Part shown: piece after piece, positions 48,278 through 58,617 of the stretch | Layout of the letters: every line of letters starts with the position of its first letter | How positions within the stretch are numbered: the first letter of the stretch is position 1 | Assembly: GCA_963701965.1 (NCBI GenBank) | Contig: OY969695.1 | Span: forward strand, 2,144,001 to 2,208,000 | DNA: 64,000 nucleotides | Direction: 5' to 3' | Source of the DNA: an uncultured Gemmatimonadales bacterium | GTDB lineage: Bacteria > Gemmatimonadota > Gemmatimonadetes > Gemmatimonadales > Gemmatimonadaceae | Position numbers and translations under genes: made by a program | The notes under the pieces: model-generated | The model's database searches: none | The model's input: the letters and a program-made list of their open reading frames with translations, nothing else | What the model was told of the DNA's origin: nothing

Positions 48278-50914
48278 ATGACGGACCCCGAGGATGCCCT
48301 GCGCACGGCGTTGGCCGATCGCTACCGGATCGAGCGCGAGCTCGGGCGGGGCGGCATGGCGACCGTGTATCTCGCCCAGGACGAGCGCCATCACCGCCAG
48401 GTGGCGATCAAGGTGTTGCACCCCGAGCTCTCCGCCATCCTGGGTCCCGATCGGTTCCTCAAGGAAATCGAGCTCACCGCCAGCCTGCAGCACCCGCACA
48501 TTCTGCCGCTGTTCGATAGTGGGAGCGCCGATGGCCATCTCTACTACGTGATGCCATACGTCGCCGGCGAGTCACTCCGCGCTCTGCTAACGCGCGAGCG
48601 CCAGCTGCCGGTCGCCGACGCGATCCGGATCGCCAGCGAAGTGGCCGATGCCCTGGAGTACGCGCACCACCGCGGCGTCATCCACCGCGATATCAAGCCG
48701 GAGAACATCCTGCTGCACGGCGGTCACATCCTCGTGGCCGATTTCGGGATCGCGCTGGCGGTGGAGCAGGCGGGTGGTCAGCGGATGACGCAGACGGGCC
48801 TCTCGCTGGGCACCCCGCAGTACATGAGCCCCGAGCAGACCATGGGGGAGCGCGAGATCGGCCCCCGATCCGACATCTACTCGCTCGGCGTCGTCACGTA
48901 CGAGATGCTCATCGGCGAGCCGCCGTTCACGGGGCCGACCGCGCAGGCGACCGTGGCCAAGATGATGACGGAAGAGCCGCGGCCCTTGATATCGCAGCGA
49001 CGGACCATTCCGCCCGCGGTCGAAGACACCGTGCTCCGCGCGCTCGAGAAGCTGCCCGCCGATCGCTTCGCCAGCGCGGCGGCATTCGCGCAAGCACTGG
49101 CCGAGCCCCAGGCCGAGCACTCCCGCGCGCGCCGCTCCGCGCATCGACCATCGGCGCCGGCGTATCGGTCACCGGCAGTGCTCGGCGCCGCGGCCGCGGG
49201 GATCGCCGCGCTGGCGTTCATGCTGGGCCGCGGGCTTTCGCCCGTGCGCTCGCCGATCGCGGCTTTCGGGCGCTCCGCGCAAGTCACGTGGGAGCGCGGA
49301 CTCCAGATCACGCCGGCCCTCTCCCCCGACGGCCGGTACGTCGCCTACGCCGCTGGCACGTCGGTCAAAATGCGGATCTTCGTGCGACAGGTCACCGGCG
49401 GTCGCGCGACGATGATCACCGGCGATTCGCTCGCCGTCGAGACCAACCCGTCGTGGTCGCCCGACGGCTCGCGCATTCTCTTTCTGGCGAATGGCGGCGC
49501 CTTCAGCGCGCCTTCGTCGGGCGGCCCCGCCCGGCCCGAGCTGCAGCCCGTCGCGCGCGGCTCGATCATTTCCGCCGTGTGGGCACCCAATGGACAGACG
49601 ATCGCCTACGCGGTGCAAGACTCCGTGTACATCAGGAGCCCGGCCGGTCAGGTCCGTCCGCTCGCCAAGATCGTCGACGTGTCCCTGTGCCAATGGGCTC
49701 CCAAAGGCGATCGCATTGCCTGCGTGTCCCAGAATCCCGACTACTCGCGCGTCGGGCTCCTGTTCGGCAACCGGTCGCCCAGCCGCATCCTCGTGGCGCG
49801 GGTGAGCGACGGCGCGGTGACGGCCGCGACCGATGGCCTCTGGATCAACCAAAGCCCCGTGTGGTCTCCCGATGGGCAGTGGTTGTACTTCGTGTCGAAT
49901 CGCCTCGGACCCATGGACGTGTATGCGCAACGCGTCTCGCGCGCGGGGAGACCCGAGGGCGTGCCGGTCCGCCTGACCACGGGCCTCGGCGCGCACACGT
50001 TCTCCATCTCGGCGAACGGGACCCGCTTTGCGTACAGTGTCTACACGGCCACGGCGAATGTGTGGTCGCTGCCGTTTCCACCGAACGGCGCCACCGAGGC
50101 CGCGGCGACCCCGGTCACCAGCGGCATTCAAGTCGTCGAGGAAGTCACCGCCTCGCGCAATGGGCACTGGCTGCTGTATGACTCGAACGTCAGCGGCACG
50201 TCCCTCCTCTATCGACAGAGAATACCGGGCGGCGAACCGGAGCAGCTGACCTCGGGCCCGAGTGATGACTTCTCGCCGGAGCTCTCGCCCGACGGTCGCC
50301 AGGTCGCGTTCCACTCCTGGCGGTCGGGTTCCCGCGACGTCTACGTGCTGCCAGTTGATGGCGGCCCGGTCGAACAGGTCACGTCGTCGCCGCTTCAGGA
50401 GTCGGCGCCAAGCTGGTCGCCAGACGGTAAGGCGCTCACCTTCGTCATGTTCGGCGATCCGGGCGGCGTCTGGGTCGTCCGGCGGAACGCGGCCGGGGTC
50501 TGGGGTCATCCCGTGAAGCGCTCGTCGGTGGGGACGTCGTCGGCTTGGTCGCCGGACGGCCGCTGGATCGCATACGCCACCAGCCTGTTCGGCGGAGCGT
50601 TGCAGGTCGTTCCGCCGGATAGCGGCGCACCGCGCACGGTGTTCGACCCGGCCGCGACGGGCGGGCCGCGCGTCGAGGAACCGTTCTGGAGCAGCGACAG
50701 CCGCACGCTCTACTTCAAGAGTCACGACCCCCAGGGAAACGCGACATTCTGGTCGATCCCCCTGACCGGGGGCCAGCCGAAGCTGCTGACGCGCTTCACC
50801 GACCCGCTGCGCCCGTCGTATCGTCCGCTGTGGGGCCTTGGTCCCGACCACATGTACTTCACGATCAATGAACGACAGAGCGAGGTCTGGGTGATGGAAG
50901 CAACGCCTCGGTGA
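48278..50914 (+). CDS. Hanks-type Ser/Thr kinase with TM segment and PD40/TolB-like propeller
   Basis: GRGGMATV, VAIK, HRDIKPEN, DFG, YMSPE; repeated WSPDG/LSPDG. Confidence 0.95.
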   Translation: MTDPEDALRTALADRYRIERELGRGGMATVYLAQDERHHRQVAIKVLHPELSAILGPDRFLKEIELTASLQHPHILPLFDSGSADGHLYYVMPYVAGESLRALLTRERQLPVADAIRIASEVADALEYAHHRGVIHRDIKPENILLHGGHILVADFGIALAVEQAGGQRMTQTGLSLGTPQYMSPEQTMGEREIGPRSDIYSLGVVTYEMLIGEPPFTGPTAQATVAKMMTEEPRPLISQRRTIPPAVEDTVLRALEKLPADRFASAAAFAQALAEPQAEHSRARRSAHRPSAPAYRSPAVLGAAAAGIAALAFMLGRGLSPVRSPIAAFGRSAQVTWERGLQITPALSPDGRYVAYAAGTSVKMRIFVRQVTGGRATMITGDSLAVETNPSWSPDGSRILFLANGGAFSAPSSGGPARPELQPVARGSIISAVWAPNGQTIAYAVQDSVYIRSPAGQVRPLAKIVDVSLCQWAPKGDRIACVSQNPDYSRVGLLFGNRSPSRILVARVSDGAVTAATDGLWINQSPVWSPDGQWLYFVSNRLGPMDVYAQRVSRAGRPEGVPVRLTTGLGAHTFSISANGTRFAYSVYTATANVWSLPFPPNGATEAAATPVTSGIQVVEEVTASRNGHWLLYDSNVSGTSLLYRQRIPGGEPEQLTSGPSDDFSPELSPDGRQVAFHSWRSGSRDVYVLPVDGGPVEQVTSSPLQESAPSWSPDGKALTFVMFGDPGGVWVVRRNAAGVWGHPVKRSSVGTSSAWSPDGRWIAYATSLFGGALQVVPPDSGAPRTVFDPAATGGPRVEEPFWSSDSRTLYFKSHDPQGNATFWSIPLTGGQPKLLTRFTDPLRPSYRPLWGLGPDHMYFTINERQSEVWVMEATPR

Positions 50915-50928
50915 GGGAGCCGACGCCA

Positions 50929-51603
50929 TCACCGGGCCGCTGTTCCATCTGACCAAGTCCCGACGGGAATCAGGAGCACGGTAACGCGATCCTCGGGGCT
51001 CTTGGATGACAACATCGGAGAGCCGGGGAGATCGGCGCCCCAATTGCCCGCGCCGGTGGGCGGAACGAAGAACATGAGGTGGGGATGCCAGCGCCCGTCG
51101 CGATCGTTCAGGTATCCCTGGGCGGACATCATGTAGCACATCGCGCCGGGTTCCAGGGGCGGCAATGCTTTCGTGTCGAACGCGACTTTGAGGCGGTCGA
51201 ACATCTGCGTCTTGGAGCGTCCGGCCAACACCCACTCGGTCTTCTTGAGTGTGAGGGGCAGGTAGGTTCGGACGGCCGGCGGGTTGAAGCAAATGGGAGA
51301 CCGCAGCTTGGGATTCCAGAAATCCGGATCGTCAATACCGGCGGTCCACGAGCGCTGCACCACGCAGACGAAGCCGTTCTTGCCTTGGACCGCGGTTTCG
51401 TACCCATGCCGTCCAAGGACCAGAACCTCGGCATCGCGCGAGATGGATGCCGGGGCCGCGCTCCGCGCCAGGGCAATCTCGGCATTCCGATCGGCCATCA
51501 GGTATTGGTCGACCGGGGCCATGGCGGGATACCGTGAGGTGGCGCTCTGCGCCTGCGCTTGCCACGCCGCAGCCCACACGACCAACCCGATTGTCGGCTT
51601 CAT
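50929..51603 (-). CDS. Conserved hypothetical secreted protein
   Basis: GGAG RBS, signal peptide; EIALARSAAP, GKNGFVC, SPIC, YMMS, WHPHLMF. Confidence 0.75.
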   Translation of the reverse strand: MKPTIGLVVWAAAWQAQAQSATSRYPAMAPVDQYLMADRNAEIALARSAAPASISRDAEVLVLGRHGYETAVQGKNGFVCVVQRSWTAGIDDPDFWNPKLRSPICFNPPAVRTYLPLTLKKTEWVLAGRSKTQMFDRLKVAFDTKALPPLEPGAMCYMMSAQGYLNDRDGRWHPHLMFFVPPTGAGNWGADLPGSPMLSSKSPEDRVTVLLIPVGTWSDGTAAR

Positions 51604-51695
51604 TGATCTCTCCTGGGCAGTTCTCGCCAATAATTTCGCCGAACCACCCGAAACCGCCAGGCATGGCCGCGGTGGCGTTCCTCCTCGCCACCCCC

Positions 51696-51917
51696 TCACT
51701 CGGCGACCGCCTGAGCGTGCACATTCGCGTACTCGTACCGCGTCGATGAGTGAGCCTTGTCGTTGTCGCCAGGGTCAATGTCCGTCTCCGTCCGCAACAC
51801 GAGCCCGGAGCTCTTGGCGATCCACCCCTGCGAGTCGGATTGTACACCCTCATTCTCGTTGTGGGCCGCGTACACTACCGCCGGCGTACCTCCGACTGCC
51901 TCGTCGCGCAGCGCCCC
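51696..51917 (-). pseudogene. Start-less 73-codon open frame after fdh (3' gene remnant)
   Basis: GALRDEAVGGTPAVVYAAHNENEGVQSDSQGWIAKSSGLVLRTETDID...RYEYANV; GGTGGCG/CGCCACC hairpin (51671-51692) follows its TGA. Confidence 0.5.
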
Positions 51918-53090
51918 CTATCGCTTCGCGGTCTCTTTGACGCTGTAGGAATGCGCTCCGGTCCCGGCGAGCTTGCCGGCGTCGACGATCAGGTACTCGT
52001 CACGAATCGGCTTCTTGCCGAACCAGCACTCGAGAATCTCGCGCGTGCCCGCGGCGTACCGCGTTTGGGCCGAGAGCGATGTGCCGGACACGTGTGGCGT
52101 CATGCCGTGGTGCGGCATGGTACGCCAGGGATGATCCTTCGGCGCCGGCTGCGGGTACCACACGTCGCCCGCATATCCCGCGATCCGTCCACTCTCCAGC
52201 GCGCGCACGACCGCGTCGCGGTCGACGATCTTCCCGCGCGCGGTGTTCACGAGATAGGCGCCCCGTTTCATCTTCGCGAACATCGCGTCGTTGAACATCC
52301 CTTCCGTCTCGGGGTGAAGCGGCGCATTGATCGTCACCACGTCACAGACGGGGACCATCGACTGCGCGTCCGGATGGAACGTGAGCCCCAACTCCTGTTC
52401 CACCGCGGGCGGGAGGCGATAGCGATCGGTATAGTGCAGCTTGACGTCGAATGGCTCGAGACGGCGCAGCACAGCGAGCCCGATGCGGCCCGCGGCGACC
52501 GTCCCCACCTCCATCTGCTCCAGATCGTACGAGCGCGCGACGCAGTCCGCGATGTTCCAACCACCCGTGATGACCCACTGGTACGACGGGATGTAGTTCC
52601 GCACCAAGCCCAGGATCATCATCACCACATGTTCGGCCACGCTGATGCTGTTGCAGTACGTCACCTCGGCGACCGTGACCCCGTGCTCGATCGCGGCGTC
52701 GAGATCGACGTGATCGGAGCCGATACCCGCCGTGATCGCCAGCTTCAGTTTTTTCGCCTTCTCCATGCGTTCCGCCGTGAGATACGCGGGCCAGAACGGT
52801 TGCGAGATGACGACCTCGGCGTCGGGTAGCTCGCGATCGAACTTCGAATTGGCGCCCTCTTTATCGGACGTCACGACGAGGGTGTGCCCCTGGGCTTCGA
52901 GGAACTTCCGGAGGCCCAGCTCGCCAGACACCGACCCCAGGAGCGCACCCGGCTTGAAGTCGATCGCCGACGGCGTTGGCGCGGTCTGTCCGCCAGGATA
53001 GCGTTCGATTGTGGGGATGGTATCCCGCGCATACTTCGGCGGATAGCCGTCGATGGGATCGTCGTACAGCACGCAGAGCACTTTCGCCAT
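51918..53090 (-). CDS. fdh: NAD-dependent formate dehydrogenase
   Basis: MAKVLCVLYDDP, LLGSVSGELGLRKFLE, SQPFWP, AAGRIG, YTDR, NTARG, WYPQP, MTPHVSG. Confidence 0.96.
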   Translation of the reverse strand: MAKVLCVLYDDPIDGYPPKYARDTIPTIERYPGGQTAPTPSAIDFKPGALLGSVSGELGLRKFLEAQGHTLVVTSDKEGANSKFDRELPDAEVVISQPFWPAYLTAERMEKAKKLKLAITAGIGSDHVDLDAAIEHGVTVAEVTYCNSISVAEHVVMMILGLVRNYIPSYQWVITGGWNIADCVARSYDLEQMEVGTVAAGRIGLAVLRRLEPFDVKLHYTDRYRLPPAVEQELGLTFHPDAQSMVPVCDVVTINAPLHPETEGMFNDAMFAKMKRGAYLVNTARGKIVDRDAVVRALESGRIAGYAGDVWYPQPAPKDHPWRTMPHHGMTPHVSGTSLSAQTRYAAGTREILECWFGKKPIRDEYLIVDAGKLAGTGAHSYSVKETAKR

Positions 53091-53259
53091 TGGAGTCGCC
53101 CCCGTGAGGAAATGCTTCTTGAGTGAGTGAACCGTACGATGTCCACGTGCATAGCCCTTCATCAAATCAGTGCTTTTCATGGCGCCATAATCGCGCTTTA
53201 TCGAGTTTGCGTTAGTTTCATTGAGGCATGACGCCATCCGCCCGTGACGTGGGGCTACG

Positions 53260-54204
53260 GTGCTGATCCGCCATTTCGAGTACCTCGTCGCGCTGTCGCG
53301 CGAACGTCATTTTGCACGCGCCGCGCAGGCGTGCAACGTCTCGCAGCCAGCACTCTCCGCCGGACTCAAGCACCTCGAGGAGTGCTTTGGCGTGCCGATC
53401 GTCGAGCGCGGCTACCGCTTCCGCGGATTCACGCCGGAAGGCGAGCGGATTCTGGCGTGGGCGCGCCATGTGCTTGCCGAGCGCGATGCGCTCTCACAAG
53501 AACTGGGCGTGATGCGCCAGGGACTTGTGGGGACCCTGCGCATCGGCGGCATTCCCGTCACGCTCCCCATCATTTCCCTGCTCACGTCGCCATTTGCGAC
53601 CCACCATCCGCGCGTCCGCATGACCGTCACCTCGCTCACGTCGCGCGAGATCCAGCGGGGTTTGGATGAGTGCTCGTTGGATGTGGGAATCACCTATCTC
53701 GACAACGAGCCACTGACCCACGTGCGCCACGTCTCGCTCTATCGCGAGCGGTACGTGCTGCTCACGCCGCCGGACGGGCCGCTCGCGGGACGCGTCTCGG
53801 TCACGTGGCGCGAAGCGGCGGACTTGAAGCTCTGCCTCCTCAATCACTCGATGCAGAACCGTCGCATCATCGACGCGAACTTCGAGGCGGGGGGCGTGGC
53901 GGCCGACCCGCTCCTCGAGACGAACTCGCTCGTCACACTCCAATCGCACCTGCGCCAGGGCGAGTGGTCGACCGTCCTTCCGCACACGATCACGTACCTC
54001 CTTGGCCAACACCACGGGTTGCTGATGTTGCCGCTCGTCGAACCCTCCGTCACCCACGAGATCGGACTCATCGTACCAGATCGGGATCCGGTCACCCCCG
54101 TCGCGTCCGCCCTCATGGCCGAAATCGGCGCGATCAATGTCGAAAGTGCGGTGCGCAGCGCCTTGCTGCCGGGTGACGAGGCCGTGACGGCCGCGGTGCA
54201 CTGA
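53260..54204 (+). CDS. LysR family regulator divergent from fdh
   Basis: HFARAAQACNVSQPALSAGLKHLEE HTH and substrate-binding domain. Confidence 0.93.
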   Translation: MLIRHFEYLVALSRERHFARAAQACNVSQPALSAGLKHLEECFGVPIVERGYRFRGFTPEGERILAWARHVLAERDALSQELGVMRQGLVGTLRIGGIPVTLPIISLLTSPFATHHPRVRMTVTSLTSREIQRGLDECSLDVGITYLDNEPLTHVRHVSLYRERYVLLTPPDGPLAGRVSVTWREAADLKLCLLNHSMQNRRIIDANFEAGGVAADPLLETNSLVTLQSHLRQGEWSTVLPHTITYLLGQHHGLLMLPLVEPSVTHEIGLIVPDRDPVTPVASALMAEIGAINVESAVRSALLPGDEAVTAAVH

Positions 54205-54380
54205 CACAACCGGGAGAGAGAGAAGCGAGTGGACGAACGCGCCCGGAAGCATCCTCGATGCAGGAGGCCGAGCACGTGTTCGTGACCGCCTAGAAGCGCG
54301 GCTATGTCGCCGTCTGGACGATCAGCGCCATCGCGCAGCTCCTGGTCTTCTCGGGCCAGGAGCTGCACGCGCACGGCTCG

Positions 54381-54941
54381 TTAGCGGCCGACGATGCGCT
54401 CGACCTCCTTGATCCCGCGGCTCAAGAGCGTCGTGTTGGCGTACACGAAGTCGCCGCCGACGCCCGCCACGATCAAGAACCACTCCGATGGATCTTCGTC
54501 GCCATCGACGCTGCAAAAGAGCGACACGCCAATGCCGGTCTGTACTTGGGTCGGCGGCACGGTCAATTGATTGACTCCGTCCGCCGACAGGTGCGATCCA
54601 TGCCAGTCGGTCTTCTGAAACGTGGTCACGAGGTTGGGACCATCCCACACATCGATCTTCTCGATCCGCACGACGCCATCCAATCCCTGGCTGGGCGCAA
54701 CCAACGGCGCGTTGGCGTCGGTCTGGAACAGCACCGTGATCTTGGCGATCACCGGCGACGCCCCATCGACGGTCTGCGGGGTCGGAATCGGGATGTGACA
54801 GACCCGGAGGTCGTCAAGCGAACTCGTCCCCGCGTTGTACTTGAGCAACGTGCCATATCCACGGTGCCTGATGTACTCGTACTCGCCCGGGTCTTCGACG
54901 ACCAGCGCGTTGCCGTGCGTCCACATCGTGGTCAGTGTCAT
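54381..54941 (-). CDS. Hypothetical protein (DUF6623-like)
   Basis: GGAGG RBS; MWTHGNAL..EDP, HIPIPTP, IDVWDG, GIGVS. Confidence 0.6.
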   Translation of the reverse strand: MTLTTMWTHGNALVVEDPGEYEYIRHRGYGTLLKYNAGTSSLDDLRVCHIPIPTPQTVDGASPVIAKITVLFQTDANAPLVAPSQGLDGVVRIEKIDVWDGPNLVTTFQKTDWHGSHLSADGVNQLTVPPTQVQTGIGVSLFCSVDGDEDPSEWFLIVAGVGGDFVYANTTLLSRGIKEVERIVGR

Positions 54942-55143
54942 TCGTCAAGCCTCCAGTATTAGTGCGGATACAGCACCTGTCGTCATATGGGTCGAACAAT
55001 GCGGGCCGGGCCGTCGGCTGAACGTCTGCTGACTGTCTCGCGCCCCCGTCGGGCAGGGTCGACCCGGCTCAACCGCGGTCGATTGCGCAATCGGCACGGC
55101 GCGGCATATAGATTCGGCCCCAAATAACCGTTGGAGATCCGCA

Positions 55144-55872
55144 ATGGCCGACTCATCCGCGACGCAGAGGGTCAACAACGTCGTCCTCGTTCACGGCGGA
55201 TTCGTCGACGGCTCGGGTTGGCGGGGCGTCTACGACATCCTGACGCAAAAGGGGTTCAACGTCAGCATCGTCCAGAATCCCACCTTGTCGCTCGCCGGCG
55301 ACGCGGCGGCGGCGAAGCTCGTGATCGACCAGCAGCCCGGTCCAGTCATCCTGGTCGGTCATTCATACGGCGGCGCGGTGATCACGGAGGCTGGGACCAA
55401 TGCGAATGTCGCGGGGCTCGTCTACGTCACAGCCTTCGCGCCCGACAAAGGCGAGTCGGTGAATACCCTGATCGCCAATCCACCGCCCGGCGCGCCAGTG
55501 CCGCCGATCTTGCCCCCGATCAACGGATACCTCTTTCTCGACAACGCCAAATTCGCGGCCGCGTTCGCGGGCGACGTGGATGCCGAAACCGCCCAGTTCA
55601 TGGCCAGGGCACAAGTGCCGTGGGGATTGGATGCGCTTGGTGGCCAGATTACGAATCCCGCCTGGAAGGCCAAGCCGACGTGGTACCTGCTGGTGTCCGA
55701 TGACCACATGATTCCGATCGCGGCCCAGCGCTTCATGTGCGAGCGCGCCGGCGCGACCTCCACGCTAGTGCCGGGCAGTCACGCCATCTACGTCTCGAAC
55801 CCCCGCGCGGTCGCATCGTTGATCGAAACGGCCGCCACTTCGCCGAAACTCGCAGGCGGAGTTGCCTCCTAG
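55144..55872 (+). CDS. Alpha/beta hydrolase
   Basis: VLVHGGFVDGSGW, GHSYGG, DDHMIP, GSH. Confidence 0.9.
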   Translation: MADSSATQRVNNVVLVHGGFVDGSGWRGVYDILTQKGFNVSIVQNPTLSLAGDAAAAKLVIDQQPGPVILVGHSYGGAVITEAGTNANVAGLVYVTAFAPDKGESVNTLIANPPPGAPVPPILPPINGYLFLDNAKFAAAFAGDVDAETAQFMARAQVPWGLDALGGQITNPAWKAKPTWYLLVSDDHMIPIAAQRFMCERAGATSTLVPGSHAIYVSNPRAVASLIETAATSPKLAGGVAS

Positions 55873-56109
55873 GGCGTGGCGCCGAGCGCTCGGACGATGC
55901 GCCGAAACACCTGCAACCGCGTCGACCGATCGTCAGTCCGCGCGATGAGTTGAGTCTCGAGAGGGATCGCGACGTCCGAGAGCGCGACGGAGCGTGGCCG
56001 GCAGCGCCGCGCGCGCCGTCGTGGGGAGGAGCGCGTTGGCGAACGTCCACGCGCCGGGCGCGGCGGCCATGTGAATGACGCGAGTAGGTCCGGACACGAC
56101 GGCTATGAA

Positions 56110-56862
56110 CTACGTGCTGAGCGGAAACTGAATCTCCAGCACGGCCCCATGATAGAGTTCGCGTTTCGGCCCGGCGAGCGCGTACTGTCGGGCGCCCATC
56201 CAATCGCGAATGCCGTCGTACGCGAGTTCGGCCGCCTGGAAGTCGTCCGCTGCGTAGGCGCACGCGACGACGACGGCCGGCAAATCCCTAACGTGAAGTC
56301 CGTCCCAAGCCGCCTTCCGCCCTTCCGTGAGTTCCACGAATGGCTCGCCGAGCGGGGTACCATCGTTGGCGCACCGATGCCAGACCACGCCACGCAGTGC
56401 CACCCGAGCCTGCGCGGGCAGGCGATCCCACAGTTCCTGCTCCGCGTGCGCGACGTCCTCGTAACCGGCCAAGGCCCCGCCCAGAGAGGCGACACGCATA
56501 GCGGCCCGTTGCTTCACGACGACGGGCACCGGGTCGCTCGACCCCGGGCGGTGCGCCAGCCAGCGCTCGATGCTGTCCAACGACGCGCGCGTGCGCAGCA
56601 TCGTGCGCGTGAGCCGCGCCCGGGCGCGCTCCAGCGTCGCGCGACGGTTCACCTTCGGCAACGCCATCACTTCGGCGAGCGAAAGGCCCAACTCTTTCAA
56701 GCTGACGATCGCCGCCAGGTCCCGGAGTTGCTCGGGGGCATAGCATCGGTACCCGGTGACAGGGTCCGTCCGCACGGGCCGCAGGAGCCCGATTTCATCA
56801 TAGTATCGGAGGGTCTTGGCGGAGACGCCCCCGAGTCGCGCGAACGGCCCGATGCGATACAT
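56110..56862 (-). CDS. MerR family regulator with GyrI-like effector domain
   Basis: YRIGPFARLGGVSAKTLRYYDEIGLLRP...TGYR; RELY...EIQFP tail. Confidence 0.9.
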   Translation of the reverse strand: MYRIGPFARLGGVSAKTLRYYDEIGLLRPVRTDPVTGYRCYAPEQLRDLAAIVSLKELGLSLAEVMALPKVNRRATLERARARLTRTMLRTRASLDSIERWLAHRPGSSDPVPVVVKQRAAMRVASLGGALAGYEDVAHAEQELWDRLPAQARVALRGVVWHRCANDGTPLGEPFVELTEGRKAAWDGLHVRDLPAVVVACAYAADDFQAAELAYDGIRDWMGARQYALAGPKRELYHGAVLEIQFPLST

Positions 56863-56876
56863 CGTGGGCTCCAGTG

Positions 56877-56907
56877 TTGAAGCTTCCCCTGGCTGGAAGC
56901 TTTAATT
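56877..56907 (+). promoter_or_regulatory. MerR-type promoter with dyad in the spacer
   Basis: TTGAAG...AAGCTTCC-cctggct-GGAAGCTT...TTAATT; about 19-bp spacer. Confidence 0.65.
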
Positions 56908-56914
56908 GGGCGAC

Positions 56915-57598
56915 ATGACGCATCCTTTGCAAGTCGCCGCGGCCGCGGCCGCCATCACGCTCCTGTTCGTTCCCGCCACGAGAGCGCAATCGGCCGGAAC
57001 GGCGGCCCGCATCGTCCTGTGGCAACCCGATATCGGGCGTGAGCGCGATTTCGAGGAGGGATACAAGCGCCACTTGGAGTGGCACCGATCCAACAATGAT
57101 CACTGGACGTGGCTTGGATGGAATATCATTTCCGGCGACCGTACGGATCAGTTCATGGACGGCACGTTCTTCCACGCTTGGACCGATTTCGACGCGCCGG
57201 TCTCCCCCGGCGGCGACGCAGCGAACAACGCCCTCAACGTCGAACCGTACGCCAGGGTCCGTTCGGTGGGCTCCTATGAGATCGTCCCGTCGCTCACCGC
57301 ACTGACTCCGGACCAAATGACGTCCCCGCTCCTCACCTTGTGCTACGTGTCGGCACACGACGGTGCGGCGTTCGAATCGACGCTCGGCGCGGCACTGAAA
57401 CGGATGACGGCCGCGATGCCCCACGCGGTGCTGCGCCCGATCAACGGCGTCACCGAGTATCTCGTGATCGTCCCCGGCGTGAAGGCGTCCGATGCCCCGG
57501 CGCACGCCGCATTCCTAACGAGTGTGCTCGGAACGACGCCCTGTCAGCGCACCGAGACGGCGCTGCATCGCGCCGACATGAGTTACCTGCCGCGGTAA
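56915..57598 (+). CDS. Hypothetical secreted protein
   Basis: Signal peptide (TRA-Q); FEEGYKRHLEWH..DHWTWLGW. Confidence 0.7.
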   Translation: MTHPLQVAAAAAAITLLFVPATRAQSAGTAARIVLWQPDIGRERDFEEGYKRHLEWHRSNNDHWTWLGWNIISGDRTDQFMDGTFFHAWTDFDAPVSPGGDAANNALNVEPYARVRSVGSYEIVPSLTALTPDQMTSPLLTLCYVSAHDGAAFESTLGAALKRMTAAMPHAVLRPINGVTEYLVIVPGVKASDAPAHAAFLTSVLGTTPCQRTETALHRADMSYLPR

Positions 57599-57665
57599 AT
57601 GGTCGTGGCGGTCGACAGCTAGTTGGATCTAGCCGATCGGGCTCCGGCGCCATAGTAACGGGGTC

Positions 57666-58616
57666 GTGAAAAGATCACTTGCTCGCCGCTTCACCGGATG
57701 CCTCGCGACCGCGTTCGTGCTGGCCTGCACGCACACGGCGCCGTCGACACGGCCCGTGGCTACTGTGGCTACTGTGGCTACTATAGATATCGAAGATGTC
57801 GATCGCTTTTATGGGATCTACGACTCCGCCGGCGGCCATCCGACCGCCGACCAGCTCCAGCACGACTACATCGATGTCGGCTCCGACGGTCTGCACGCGT
57901 TTGCCAAAGCCCGAAACATTTCGGGAATCAGAATCGCCGCCACGCTGGAGCAGCACCCGGAGATCTATTCCGGGGCCAAGAGTTGCTTGGCCGTGCTCCC
58001 GCGGGTGCGCGAGCGCGTCCAGGTGGCGCTCCGGAACCTGGGCCAGATCTACCCCGAGGCACGCTTCCCTCCGGTGACGATTGCCGTCGGCCGCGGCCGG
58101 CCAGTCGCCATCGGGAGCCCGAACACTGGACTCCAGATTGGCCTCGAGGCCTTGTGCGCGACCGATTGGCTCAATTCCAACGTCGAGGACCGCTTCGTCC
58201 ACGTCATCGCGCACGAATATGTGCACGTCCAGCAGGCGCAGGTCTCTCGTCGACGTCGAGCATCCCACCGTGCTGCAGTTGGCGTTGGCCGAAGGCGCGG
58301 CCGAATTCATCGGCGAGCAGATCTCCGGCGACGTCGCGTACGCGCTCTTCCGAACATCGACCAAGGGCCACGAACAGGAAATCGAGACGGCGTTCGTCGC
58401 CGACGAGGATAAGACCGATCTGTCCAACTGGTTCCAGAACAGCACCCGGGAAAAACCCGGCGACCTTGGCTACTGGGTGGGATATCGCATCGTGAAATCT
58501 TTCTATCAACGCTCGAGCAGCAAACGCGAGGCCGTTCGCACGATCCTGCAGATGACGGACGCCGAGTCGCTCCTGGCCAAGCAGTGGCTGGTCATCCCGG
58601 CATGGCGCTCCGATAG
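57666..58616 (+). CDS. DUF2268-like Zn-dependent protease lipoprotein, frameshifted
   Basis: Lipobox LAC; HEYVH, EGAAEF, DLGYWVGY; extra bases near 58242, 58582 and 58592; corrected end SGWHPGMALR-TAG. Confidence 0.72.
57756..57782 (+). repeat. 9-bp tandem repeat x3 (GTGGCTACT, encoding VAT)
   Basis: Read directly from the sequence. Confidence 0.9.
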
Positions 58617-58617
58617 C

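Noticed and set aside
49169..51292. 707-aa minus-strand ORF and similar long overlapping ORFs
   Set aside because: Overlap well-supported genes and show no recognisable domains.
51918..53090. FDH as a second selenoprotein
   Set aside because: It is the metal-independent NAD-dependent type with no in-frame UGA.
53091..53259. LysR T-N11-A box in the fdh-lysR gap
   Set aside because: AT-rich and plausible, but I could not single out a convincing dyad.
54205..54380. Short hydrophobic frame (RGYVAVWTISAIAQLLVFSG) and a GC-rich frame at 55930-56070
   Set aside because: No clear start or family resemblance; cannot be supported as genes.
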